This document shows positions 43,171 through 56,970 of a DNA stretch of 64,000 bases, piece after piece. The stretch lies in assembly GCF_009914755.1 (NCBI RefSeq), contig NC_060932.1. The stretch is one strand, 5' to 3'. The notes under the pieces are model-generated. The model saw only the letters and a list, made by a program, of their open reading frames with translations. It was not told where the DNA came from and searched no databases. Source of the stretch: the human T2T-CHM13v2.0 reference genome, Homo sapiens. A program made the position numbers and the translations under genes. Within the stretch, counting starts at the first letter, position 1, and the number at the start of each line of letters is the position of its first letter.

Positions 43171-45059
43171 GCAGAGGTTCTTGGAGTAGGTCATGCTGAA
43201 TGTGGTGCTCAAAAATGGACAACTTTTAGATCAACAGCATGTGAGAAAACCACCTGAGGAAGACATAAGCAGTCGCATTCAATTAGGATATATTTTGACA
43301 GACAAGTTTTTTTAGCCACGGAGAACAATAATGTCCATCTTTTAGGGGTTTTCTAAGAATTAAAGCAGCTCCAGAACATGAAATGCTGAGCATTCTGCAC
43401 AAGGGATAGATGCCATCTGTAAACATGGTTATTATCATTCAGGGCATGATTGTAATTGTGATGACATGTTGAAAACATCAAAAAGCAGGGTCACTCTAAG
43501 CACAGGTGCATGAAGGAAAATAATGAGGTAAAATGATATGAATATGTCTACCTAATTTTCCGTGATTTGACTAAGAACATATTATTCCAGATAATCAGAT
43601 GCTTGTGACCTCAGCCACAAGCCTTCAGGTGCAAATGACAACCCAGAGGACTCCTGCTGCAGCCAAGGTAATTGATTGTTCAGACTCTGACCTTGTCCAG
43701 GTCTTACATATTTGCTCCCTTCTTCATTTACATAAAATAACTGGGAAATCTCCACTGTGTTAAAGAAATGTTATTTCCCTTCTCTTGCATTTGATTTTCA
43801 GGTGTTAAAATGAAAACCTATACCCATATTGAAATCACTGCACATTTATGCACTCATACAAAACTACATGTTTAACATGTTACTTCTCTGAACAACAAAA
43901 AAAGTATGACTGGATAGTAGATACAGTGCTGTTTTAAGATTGGGTGATGGCACTAGAAGAATCTGACACCTTTTTTTTAATGTGCAGAATCCTGGTTAAG
44001 ACTACTTTCTTCATTGTTTGACCATTATTTTTCTCTTGTTCTCTTTCTAGCCATATGTTCTCTGTCATTACCTATGACATTCCGTTAGTTATATCTGCCT
44101 CATTAAATCAACCATTTTCTGTATACTTCAGAAGTGTATGAAGTCTTTTCCTTAATATCTCATTTGAGGAGCTCAACAAATTCTATGCTTTTGGATTATT
44201 CTAATACTATTTCTTACTGTACCAAATCGTCTTTCAAAATTTATACCCTCCAGTGAGTCACTTAAGAAAGTCAAAGTCTTTGCTTTCATAAAGCCAATTT
44301 TATACTTCATTGGTTTTGTTTTCATTTGGGTAGCTTGTGTGATAAAAATGGCTTCAATGAATTGAAATAATACGCTGGTGTTTAAGAAAGAACTGTGTGT
44401 TCAGAGTCGAACTGGGCCAGGCATGTGTTCCTAGGAAAGTAAGGTTATTGAAGCCACTAGAGAACATTACATTGTCACTTTCCCACAACTTGGAAGGAAT
44501 TTCTATTTGGGGGCGTAACGTTGCATTAAGTATCCAATAATAGACGGTCCTGAGAATCTACACTAAGAAATCACAGAAATGTGTCAGAAATAGATGATTA
44601 ACGAGAATGTTTAAATTGCCTACTTAGTAATTAACATCTTCAATGCAGAAGTGTTCTCCCGCTGGAGAAGGGCACAAGAGGAGAGAGCACGGATGCAGGG
44701 ACGTGACCTGGGCCTTTCAGCTGGTCAGAGAAAAAGTATTTCGGTGTTGAGGTAGACGAAAGGATAGCAACAATGTCAGTGCCTCTTCCCTGGCAGCACC
44801 CTGACTCTGTGCCAACTCTTAGGAACTTGACACAGCCCAAGAAGAGGAGACGAGGCTGTTTCATAGGCGGAAGGGCTCCGTGTTCACTGTAGACAGCAAG
44901 TTGTGATTTTGTTGTTACATTCGTTACATACGTGAGTTTTGAACTGAAACCCATACTTCATAAATGACGCATCAAAGAAACAAAAGACATTTTGTTTTTT
45001 CCACAATCATCTATTTCTAGGATACCTTTGGGACAGAAGATCACTTGAAGAGTGGACCC

Positions 45060-45544
45060 AGCTGGGAGTGGTGGCTCATGCCCGTAATCCTGCTTCTTTG
45101 GGAGCCCAGCATGGGTGGATCGCTTGAGCCCAGGAGTTTGAAACCAGCCTGGGCAACATGGCAGAACCCCAACTCCATAAAAACAAACAAAAGTAGCCAT
45201 GGGTGGTGGTGCACACCTGTAGTCCCCGCTACTCAGGTGGCTGAGGTGGGACGATCACCGAACTTGGGAGACTGAGGCTGCAGGGATCTGTGATCAGGCC
45301 ACTGCACTCCAGCCTGGGCAGCAGAATGAGACCCCGGTTCTGCTTTGTTTTGTTTTGTTGTGGGGAAGATGGAGTCTCATTCTGTCACCCAGGCTGCAGT
45401 GCAGCAGCGCGATCTCAGCTCACTGCAAACTCTGCCTCCTAGATTTGAGCCATTCTCTGTCTCAGTCTCCTGAGTAGCTGCGATTACTCGTGCCCACCAC
45501 CATGCCTGAGTTGTGTGTGTGTGTGTCTGTGTGTGTGTGTGTGT

Positions 45545-45590
<46 letters not shown>

Positions 45591-45742
45591 TTTTAGTAGA
45601 GCCAAGTTTTCTCCATCTTGGCCAGACTGGTCTTGAACTCCTGACCTTGTGATCCACCCGCCTTGGCCTCCCAATGTTCTGGGATTACAGGCGTGAGCCA
45701 TTGCGCCTGGCAGAGACCGTGTTTATTTAAAAAAAAAAAAAA
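45060..45742 (+). mobile_element. AluJ, split near its 3' end by an inverted Alu
   Basis: Body 45060-45339 (ttgagcccaggagtttg); end and A-tail resume at 45713-45742. Confidence 0.85.
45341..45711 (-). mobile_element. AluS with (CA)n expansion in its central linker
   Basis: Reverse Alu; TG repeat 45512-45588 sits between the arms. Confidence 0.92.
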
Positions 45743-48599
45743 CATTGGCCCTACAAAAACAGCAGGAGATGACTGGGTGGAGTGGTAAGAAACTGTTGCA
45801 TGGAAGGGATTGTGGAGTTAACAAAAAGGATCATCAGCCTGTGTCAGGTCTGCGAGCCTAGCCTCAGTTATGACAGCGTTTCTTTGGGAAAAGGTACTTA
45901 CTTAAATGTACATTTGCAAATAGAATGTTAAAGACAAACAACATTTTAATAAATTATTGATCCCATGTTATTTCCCAATTATTATGGATAAGGGAAAACA
46001 AATATACATGACAAAGTTCTTGCCTGATGGATGCTTACGTTATAGCAGGTTAGATACAACTAAAGCAAATCAAAGTCTGAGGCAGACCATGATCATTATT
46101 ATTACAATGAATTATCAGAATGTGGTCATTCAAAATGCTATACAAGTTAAGAGGAAATAGAAATCCCTTTCAGCTCCTTGAATGATTGGGAAAGGAAGCC
46201 TGAAGTGGATGGCATTTGTCTGGACCCAGAGGAAGGAGTAGAATTTATATTATTCATAGACAGTAAACAAAATCTTTAAATCTAAGATGTGAATGTTCTT
46301 TGGAGAGGCTCTAATCCAAATCCCTCACTCTACAGATAACAGAGTAACACTACAAATACCAATGCTCTGTCAACAGAAAACGCTTTCATGTAATACTTCC
46401 CACTTGACTAAGCTTGTTCAAAGTCGACAGGTTTACGGAAAAGGAAGGAATGGTTTCCACACTCTCCTGTGACCTCTTGTTTTAGAAAGTGCACTCATAG
46501 TTAATAAAACCAAAATTAAGTCTCCAAATTAAGATTTAAGACTCTTTTGCAGTTATGTATCAAGTGTTATAAAAGGAGAAGAAAATAAACGAACACAACT
46601 AAGAAGTCACAACGTTTCAAAGATTTAAGTGATAAACTTAAAAAAGTGTAAGTAGAGGAGGCTCGACGAATGTACAATTTTATTGTTCGATTACTCATCT
46701 TTCGGAAATGACGACAATTACCACACTCACCATATTTTTTAAAAGACAATGCTAATAGTACCAAAAAGCCTCTTGGAAATTTTTGCCAGGGGCAGGTGGT
46801 AAAACTAAAAAACTAAAGTGGTTCCGCATGAGGTTTCCTGGAATATCACCCCTAAGCTTAGCTGTCCAGTGGAAATTCTGTTCCCTTCTCTATGTTCTTG
46901 ATCTCTTCCTAGTTCTCACTTTTACCAATGTGTATCGCTCGTATCACCTCAAGGTGAACATGTAACCATAATGTCTATTTTTAAAAGTTTTTTAACACTG
47001 AAAATATTTTTCATCTTTATTCAGGTGAAGGACTCAAAAGCCCATTTAGCAAAGCATTTCCAAATATAGTTATAACACAAAAAAGGGTACATTTTGTTTG
47101 CCGATCTAGGAGGATTTTTAATTTAAAAAGCCTTCTGCACTAACTCAATTAACAGGGAATAAAACACGCCAGTTGTCCAACTCCTACTTTCAGTAACCCT
47201 GTGTGCCCTGATGCAGATTGGAAGACATTTTCACTGTGGAGCTATTTTCCCTTAAATACTTTCCCAGACAACAGCAGAAAGGAAGCTCAGTCATTTTAAG
47301 TTCAGATTAGTACATAAGTTTACATAAATCATGGGAACATCCTTTGAAATCTAACATTTTTCCTTCCTGTATTGTGCAATTTTAAAGTCTTAGTATCAAT
47401 TAATAAATGTAATGGTGGGAAAATATAATTTATTCACCAACATATGTCAACATCTGACTTTCTTCTCAGTAGGAAAGGTCATATATCTTTTTTGGCATTG
47501 CCCATTTCATCTTAATTTCACTTTTGAATTTTTCTGAATGACATAATGACAACCATATTTAAGGCTTTAAATGATGTCATCTGCAGAAGGAGACAGAAAC
47601 CTAATTCTGGGACAGGGTAAAAGGTAATTTCTCTATCTTCTTTCTGATGTGTATCCAATTCTCTTATTCACCAAGTAAACACACACATGCACACATATTT
47701 CATCTATTAAGTTCAAAATTTCCAGATAAATTACCAGTGTACCTGTTTCTCTTCTGGATCCTAAGGTACAAATGGATAGTAGTCAGTATTATTTATTACT
47801 TGTGTGCGTTCAGCCTAATTTATGGTTCTTGAGTAAAAGGCCCACAGAAGGATGCTATAAACCTCTTTCTAAGGAGATTGAATAGCTTAAGAGATTTGCA
47901 AAAATAAAACAAGCTAATGAAGTCTAACCAGACTTTGCAAATATTTAGCAATATAGATCACTCAAAAGCAAGTACATTCTTCTACAATACAGTTTTACTT
48001 CTATTTTCTCAGAATAATTACACTGTCTATGCTTATTCACACTCAGGTTGTAACTATTGAAAGGAAACTCAGAAATGTTTTACCAGGAGCAGATGAAAAG
48101 ACTCAAATGAGCATCTGTCTTCATTGGTTTTAAGCCTCCCCCTCTCTTTTTTTCCAGAATGATTCTGGTGTATAACATAAGAGATACTGTGGCTATGTTT
48201 AGAATAGCCGTGTAGAAGTTCATATTTTTCCCCAATTTTTGTTGATAATTCAGTTATTAAAACCATCATCCTTCAGTGTAATATGAAGTTACTTGTCATT
48301 TTTTGTCTTTAGGCTGTGTCTGTGAGTCACAGGAAGTTGGATCCCAATGGACTCATCTAATTATTTAGCCATTCCCATAATAGAGGTAATCAATATTCAC
48401 TGCTGTAGCCAGAATACATCTTGGAGCAATCCACATAGATCATGAACATAATCAGCCTGAGAGGAATGGGATGGGAAGAGAGGGAGAGAGAGGGAGTATG
48501 GGGAAGAAATGCCAGAATAGGGTCGGGTGTAGAAAGAGAAACAATGGTGGCAAGCAGTTGGGAGCAGCTATGTTTGGGCATTTTTACATAACAGAGCCC

Positions 48600-48960
48600 T
48601 GCAAGCTTCCCCTCCTACGTTCCCTATCTCGGTAAATGACTTCATCCTCACCCAGTTTCTTTACTTAGCAATCTCAACCTCCATAACATATGTATAAAAC
48701 CTGGGCACCATGCCCAATACACAGAAGATGCTCAATTTTGCTCTTTTTCTTGTTTTTCCACATTCTGCCTTTCACTGGTCCTGTCCTAGCCATCTCTCCT
48801 GCTATGGCCTGGGTGTCCTGTCCTTGATGACTGGGTTCCACTTTTCTCCCGGACCAAGGACTTCCTCGTCCTGTCTCACTTCTGCTCAATTTATCCTGTA
48901 CACCAGCACTTCTTTGTCCATTGTTTTCCAAATTACAACCCCAAAATGGTTGATATACGT
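48600..48960 (+). mobile_element. L2 fragment(s)
   Basis: ccctatctcggtaaatgacttcatcctcacccagttt; catctctcctgctatggcctggg. Confidence 0.5.
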
Positions 48961-49137
48961 AGAGTAAAACCGAACTGGGCAACAATTGAAGTTACAGAGT
49001 ACCTATATGTGAGGGAGACTAAGATGAAAGCAAAGAGACAGTGTCTGATCTTCAGGAGCACACAACATGGGAGAAAGCTGTGCACTGTTTGCTGCAACTC
49101 AGAGTATTTTTTCTTTGTTTTTTTAAAGATATTTAGT

Positions 49138-49436
49138 AGCCGGGTGTGGTGGCTCACACCTGTAATCCCAGCACTTTGGAAGGCTGAGGCAGGCGGATCA
49201 GCAGGTCAAGAAATGGAGACCATCTTGGCCAACAGGGTGAAACCTCATCTCTACTGAAAATACAAAATTGACAAAAATTATCTGCGTGTGGTGGTGCGGG
49301 CCTGTAGTGCCAGCTACTTGGGAGGCTGAGGCACGGGATTCACTTGAACCCGGGAGGCAGAGGTTGCAGCCCAGATCGCACCACTGCACTCCAGCCTGGT
49401 AACAGAGTGACACTCAGTCTCCAAAGAAAAAAAAAT
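49138..49436 (+). mobile_element. Alu (AluSc-like)
   Basis: gagaccatcttggccaac and gcctggtaacagag diagnostics; TSD atttagta/atttggta. Confidence 0.93.
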
Positions 49437-49866
49437 TTGGTACTTTGATGCAGTATCCACTGTCTTGCACTGTATCCAATGTATAACACATCACAGAGTT
49501 TTAATAAATGTCAAACATTTAACAGAATAGCAACAAAACAGCGGTCTCTTCACAAATTGAAAGCAAGTATTGTATTTTCATTTTGCTTTCATTTACGAGA
49601 GGCATAAACATACTGCACTTGTGAGTAAGGGTGGTGGATGTGAGAGGAACAATTGTTAATATTCTTCCAACCAGATTGCGCTAATATAAAAATTAAAATT
49701 AAATCATGGAGAGGAAAGGGCCAATAAAAGAACCCATACAACTAAGATCTACAGTAACGTATTATATTTGGGTACTGAATTGACAGCTAAGCTTTCTGTT
49801 GACCAACGTGGGGAAAAAAAAAATGGAATTTAGTGAATTCTGCACTGCTCATTCAATAAGTCAGTC

Positions 49867-50151
49867 AAGCACTTTGGGAGGCCAAGGCAGGAGGATTACT
49901 CCTGAGTTCAAGAGATCCAGACTAGCCTGGGCAACACAGTAAGACCCTGTCTCTATCAAAATAATATAAAAATAACCAAGTGTGATGAGGCATGTGCCTG
50001 TAGTCTCAACTACTTGGGAGGCTAAGGAGGGAAGATGGCTTGAGCCCAGGAGGTCCAGGCGGCAGTGATCCAACCAATCATGACTCCATGAATCAACCAC
50101 TGCACCACTCCAGCCTGGGCAACAAAGCAAGACCCTGACTCAAAATAATAA
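49867..50151 (+). mobile_element. 5'-truncated AluJ
   Basis: gcactttgggaggccaagg...cttgagcccaggaggtccagg...gcaagaccctgactcaaaa. Confidence 0.88.
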
Positions 50152-51975
50152 GGCAATCACAAGTGTTTATGGAAGATAATTATTGAACATGTGCTATGAT
50201 CAGTGTTTTCCACACTGAAAAAGTGGTCAGAAAAGCTTATCACTCTCATCAAGTCCCACTCTCCTAAAGCTTACCCATAGAGAAATATTAAACAAGTTTT
50301 CTTATCACAAAAATTCCAGAGACAGTGACTCTGGAAAGGTAAAGGGTGAGCGATAGAGTGAAGACAAAGAAAGCCTTAAAAAGAAGACCATTTTAGAGGT
50401 TATATTCAAGAAGGAATCTACTAGAAGGTAATGTTAGGATACATTCCTTAGTCAATTGAGTTCACTGATGACCATGAAATATCAGTTCTTCCAGGCAAAG
50501 CTTTTTAAAATTAAAACAAATTACAACAACAAGGCATCGAATGATACAGATAGAACCATCAGTAGTATTTGAGCAGGATCCACAATGCCATCTTAAAGGA
50601 TGGGCTCTTACCACAGTGAGTTTTGTTTACGTAATTCACTCATTTATGCTTTCCCTTTCAAACCTCATGTGTTCTCTTTTTTCTTCCACACTAAAATGAT
50701 ACCTGCCCAGAGATGTAAAATTTAATGTATATTATTATATATAATATATAAATATATATAATTTGATATACATATAGTTTGATATATATATAATGAAATA
50801 TTATCTTTAGGCAGCCTGCCTTCTCACCAGAGGGGTGGAAGAGGAAGATTAGGGGCCAGAATGATCTCCTCTGCTTTCTTTAGAAATTTAGGGCAGTGTG
50901 ATGCTTCCAGAGGTCTGTACAAACACCAGCTTTCATTGTGCTTGGGAGTTTCCATGCCTCTTCCTTCTCTTCGCTTAGTGCACGTTTCTGCTTTTTATCA
51001 GTTTGACTGCCTGAGACTGATTCCAACAACCCAAACTGAACGCCTCAGCTCCTCCTTGTCAAAGGAGGATGACTTGTCTTAACAACTATTTAGGTGAATT
51101 ATTTCTACAGTTTTTGAAAGCAATGGCTCTAAACAAATTCCACTGGGGTGACAAGTACAATACAAAGGCGTAGCCTCGAGGGCTTGGGGTTCAGAGGTTC
51201 ATGTTCTTACACGGTGATTCTTGACAAATAAGGCATTAATCCTGTCAGGCATTACCCACTCATATTTGAGCAAACCATGACCTGCTAACTACAGCTTTAA
51301 TTTTAGTTCATTAACTCAACAATTATAAAAATAATTCACTTTTTCCAATCATTTTTATCAAGAATATTAAACATCAGAAAACCGGTAACGAAAAAGATAA
51401 TAGTTTTTATGTGAAGTGCACAATGAAAAATTCTTGAGTGAAACGTAACATTGCATATTTTCTCCAGAAATAAAGTCTAAATCCTGATACTCTCAATTAC
51501 ATTTAAATCAACACGGACACAGACACAGGTTATTCATCTTTCAACATATCATCCAATAACACAAATCCAATAAAGTTTATTGGATTAATAACAAAAATCC
51601 CCCAGTCCTCAATATCAGGTGAAAAAAACTAAAGGCAAAATGAGAAGGTGATATAGGAAGGCCGACTGTGAAACAAATTCAGTAGAGAAGCAACGATGGG
51701 CACAGTGGTAACAGCCTTTTTATTTTAGTTAAATAGCGTTGATTTTTCAATTTAAGCTTTTGTTTCTGGAGTTGCAGAGACTGTTTCCCACAGTCCTCTG
51801 AAGAATACAATTTAAGGGACAACTTAGATTTTCAAGCATGTTGTGCTAGGACCATGAATGGTGATAAGCTCTCCTGGGGCTATAGACAGGGAGCCAATGA
51901 TTCGGAATTCCTTGGACACATGTGTCACCAATTTGAGGCAAATATGGCACAAGCCCGTTCCCCCCTCCATCCCAA

Positions 51976-52032
51976 CACACAGACACACCCACACAGACAC
52001 ACACAGAGACACACACACACACACACACACAC
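51976..52032. repeat. Imperfect (CA)n microsatellite
   Basis: acacacagacacacccacacagacacacacagagacacacacac... Confidence 0.85.
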
Positions 52033-52514
52033 TGAACCTCCTAGCTGTACCTAATGTAACCAAAACATGAATTTACACTCCCACTGGCAATCAACTGTCC
52101 CCAAGAATTCAGACTCCCACTGGGAACCAACTGCCCCAGTCTGCTGGGATTGGGGGTCTCCTGGGCACAGAACTTGGTGCTGAAGTCAGGAGATTCCCAG
52201 AAGACACTGGACAGTTAGTCACCCGTGTGTTGGTGCAGCAGCAAGAACGGTGATGCGAAGTCTGGCTGAATTCAAAGCCATGCATCCTTCAGGCCTTCTT
52301 GCATCAGATTCCTGCAGAGAACACAGCCGACAGAATAACTTGGGCCACATGACTGGCTTATATCGCTTGAACAATTGAACTGCTGTGAATCGACAGCACA
52401 GTGCTGAGAAATGTATAGAACTGGCATGTGTATCTCTAGCCCCCGACACCTGCAGGTCCCGCAGTCTACAGACCATGCCTGCTTGGGTATGCACAGGCAT
52501 CACAGCGGGCTTAA

Positions 52515-52909
<395 letters not shown>

Positions 52910-54436
52910 TGCAATTCATTCTTGATTCCTCCTACTCTGTGAGCAGATTCAGCCTATTATCAGTTCCTACCCCATTCTGCATTAAAACTCCGTGTCTCCT
53001 TATCCACCCCCAACACCGCCACCCTCCTTACAGTGCTTACCGCCTCTCACTGCCTAACTGGACTCCTGACTTCGGTGGACACCAGACGCAGCCTCTTCTT
53101 CCGCATCCTTGTCAGTAGACATGCAGCTTCATCTTACTTTTCTTCTCCCAACACATACCTCTTGATTTTCAAAATTTGGCTCTGGTATACCTCTAGGAGA
53201 TCTTCTTTGGATACCCTACCCTAGTCTGGCTACACCGCCGTTTGAGTATAAACTCTTCAAGTATTTTGTTCCCCTAGTCACATATACAATCCTTGGAAGC
53301 AAAGAAAAAGTGTGGTTTCTGATTTCTAATACAGAGCACCTTTGCACAGAGTAGACCCAATGCAGCACTGATTTAGGGCTGGCTGGGGAAGGAGGGCATA
53401 GCAGAACGAAGCTGATAAAGAGACTAAGGCTTCAGTGCAGCCTTCCAGGTCCTATTATCTTAGCATGTTCTCTACATAGCAGCTAATCAACCTGAAACTT
53501 TCGGTAAGTAAATGGATAAAACTATACTCGTTTAGAAAGGAAGAATGTCTGAAATAGCCATTCTAAAGGCACTTAAGCTACAACTAGAAGTGAAAATTAT
53601 CTCAACCATAAGAAGAGCAAAGGTTTTTTTCCACAGTTTAGTTTTAAAGAAACTTAATCTAAATGGCGTCCTGTGATACACCTACAGAAACTGAAGTCTT
53701 ACAAACACATCTCACTCCAGACTCATGACGCTTCTGTACGTTGTTTCTTCATGGACCTGGGATGGCAGAGTTAGGAGAAGGGCTCCTGTGTGTTGCTATC
53801 CCAGTGTGTCAGTCCGCTTTCATCAACACAATATCACCATGTTTAGGCTGGGAAACTTCGTGCTATACAGGAATTTTTTCTTAAGGTCTGACACGTAATA
53901 AAGGATGACGGATATCAAAGAGGATTTGGACAACAGCCAAAAGGAAAATGGTATTTCAGAATTAAAGATGCAACAAAAGCTATGACTCTCTTTATCTTAC
54001 TCTGAAATACTTCTCTAAAATATTTGTTGGCCTTTTCCCCAGGTTAAAAAAAATAGGAGAAGGAGAACTTCATAATGGATTCTTGCATCCATTAGCAAAG
54101 AAGATGATCACAAATCCATGTAACAAGCAAACTAAGTGACACCCAGAAGCTGGGAAACTGGTCATCAACTCAGTACATTTTATACACAGCTGTCATGTGT
54201 ATCATTAGAAGGCAAATGATGGAGAAATGATACAAGCACACAGCCACCTTGCTTGACAGCACATCTAAGAATAGAGGAAGCTGGTTTCCATTTGTCTCTG
54301 CAGCTGGACCAGAAACACATCATGGGCCTCACTTTATAGAATATGACCTCCTGCTTGTGAGATCAAATTGACAAATTGTGAATTTTTAAATCATCTTATT
54401 TTCTCTTTCAGGAGGAAAAACATAAAACGCAATTGA

Positions 54437-54716
54437 GGCCAGATACAGTGGCTCACCCCTGTAATCTCAGCACTTTGCGAGGCCGAAGCGGGTCGATCAC
54501 CTGAGGTCAGGAGTTCAAGACCAGCCTGGCCAACATGGTGAAACCCCGTCTCTACTAAAAATACAAAAATTCGCTGGATGTGGTGGCATGTGCCTGGAAT
54601 CCCAGCTACTCAGGAGGCTGAGGCAAGATAACTGCTTGAACCTGGGAGACAGGTTGCAGTGAGCCAAGATCATGCCACTGCAATCCAGCCTGGGTGACAA
54701 AGTGAGACTCCAACTC

Positions 54717-54757
<41 letters not shown>
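54437..54757 (+). mobile_element. Alu (AluSx-like) with pure A40 tail
   Basis: Full dimer; TSD aaaacgcaattga / aaaatgcagttaa. Confidence 0.95.
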
Positions 54758-54759
<2 letters not shown>

Positions 54760-56489
54760 CAGTTAAGATATTAGAAGACAAACAATAAATTGCTTATCTT
54801 CTCCTTAACACAGTCCATTCTCCTCTTCAAGTTCTTCAATACTATCATTGACCAAAAAAAAAAAAAAAAAAAAATGTGAAAGTACGTACTGCACACTTAA
54901 AATAAGAAGGACATTATGCCAAATGCTGAGAGGGTTAACAGAGAGTGGTCCCTGTCTTTTGGAAAAAGCATGACACAAACTTTATTACAGGTTTTTAAAG
55001 CTTGGGCCAATTGGTTCAGAAAATATGCTTTAAAATACAAAGTATGTAACAGAAAAGATGTTAAGTGAGATCTAAAAGCTGAAGACAATTTGTAATAAAG
55101 ACAGCAGTAATAAAAAAATTAGTCATAGAGCAGGAACATGTTGGTAAAAATACTGTATCTGTCACTAATCAAATAGCTAGGTATCAAAGACAAGATATCA
55201 ACTTCTTAGAAAAAAAGTATTTTTAATTGCTGTTAAGAGTATTCTTAACGAAAATCACCAACAGACAGGGAATAATCTTTGGAAAATTGTAGGTTCTAAG
55301 TAAATGTTTATAGTGTTGGCACTTCAGTAGTGACACCACTTTGGGTAGAACTGAAAACAGCCCTGTCTTCTCACAAACACGGCTGTAGGGATAGAAGAGT
55401 AGAGGCAATATTAAACATATTTAATCATCAGTATGGCAGAGAGACCCTCCAACCAATCATCTGATCTGATGGATGCTGGCTCTGGTGGAAGAAACAGGCA
55501 TGTGGACCCCCTGCTGCATCAGTCCTTACTGTCTAGTTGCTAGATCCTAGGGAGAAGACCCATCTGACAACCTACGAGGTAAGCTGAAGAAGCTACCTGT
55601 GAAGGCTGAGCCAGTGGGTACCTGCAGGACCCATCCTGACCAAGCCTGGCCCTGGGCACTGGCTTCAAAGGGAGAACACACCCGTATTTGAAGCCAGTTT
55701 CCACCCACCAACTGTTTATCCTGAGCATGGCAATTCCTCTGATTTACAAGAGATTTTGATGAGTGTGTTTTTTTTTTAAAAAAAAAAAAAAAAAACAACA
55801 AGAAAAGAAAATCAATGTTAATCGCTGATTCCTGGAGCATCTCAGAGAATTAAGCCCCATACCAGGTGTGTCTGGCACAGAGAAAAATAATATGACTATC
55901 GATGTGTTTCTTACTGTGAAAGAGTTATTCCTATACCTTTTGATACCATGATTTGGGTTTTACGGACCTAGATGTGAAATGTGTCCTGTTAAACACATGT
56001 GGAGGGAAGGGGGGAACTCATCTTTCCCATTCTCAACCAAGTGGTTTTACCTGTTTGCCCATCTTACTTACATATATCATTTGAATTGCATCTTTCTAAG
56101 ACTACTTTTGAATTTGTAGAGTGCTTGGGACACCGGAGAGGGGTTTGCGGAGGAAGAAGTGATTGGGGCTTCCCGAGGTCTGGAACAGGAGGGGAATGTT
56201 TACTAAACTCAGGGGAGTGACAGGGAAAAAACAAACATAATGCATTGAAAAGTCTTGCTTATTGGAAAAGATTACCTGTAGTTTTCTATAAGAAATGATC
56301 ATCTGGACATACCCATGTAATTAAGAAAATTTCAATTTTATACTAGATGGGCCTGTTAATTTATTGTCTCTGAGCTTCAAATGCACCCTACATTGCTACT
56401 TAATCATAATGGAGCCAATCATCATAAATATTTATTTTCAAATAGCATGATGTTAAGCTCAGACAATGAAGAGCACTAGAGGTTCATAT

Positions 56490-56970
56490 GGGAGAGGCAG
56501 CTTCCCTTCCCGGTCCTTCATGTGCTCCTCTGTATGGGATCCAGCAGCATAGGACACCTCTTCACTGGCTGCTTCTCCCAAGTCCCTCTTAGCTGGCTTC
56601 TCACCACCTCAGCACCCTTGCAGACAGCTTTGCAGTGACTTCCGAGGCTTGGCACCTCCCCTGGGACAGCTTGATGCAGCACCGTAGTGAACGTCTCCAT
56701 TTTCCCATACACCATGGGGCAGAGTCTATGTATGTCAACCCAGGCAGAAAAACCCAGATGTACTTCTTTGGTTGGTGGCACTTCCCCTGAGAGGTAGTGA
56801 CTTCTCCCTATATCCGGTATTCCTCTATTCTTTAAAATTCCTTTTACCCCTGAGGTACACAATCCTTCATGTTTTTAACTCCTTATATACTTAATATTTC
56901 TTTACATGAAACTTTCTGTGTTTAAATTACTTTATGGTTTTGCTGTCTTGAGTGGATGCTGATTAATATA
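56490..56970 (+). mobile_element. ERVL-type LTR (MER74/LTR53-like)
   Basis: 3' end tacatgaaactttctgtgtttaaattact...tggttttgctgtcttgagtggatgctgattaatata resembles this LTR group; subfamily uncertain. Confidence 0.5.

Noticed and set aside
55768-55795. T10-A18 palindrome; also the orphan A-run at 54854-54874
   Set aside because: Simple mononucleotide runs with no attached retro-element or clear TSD.
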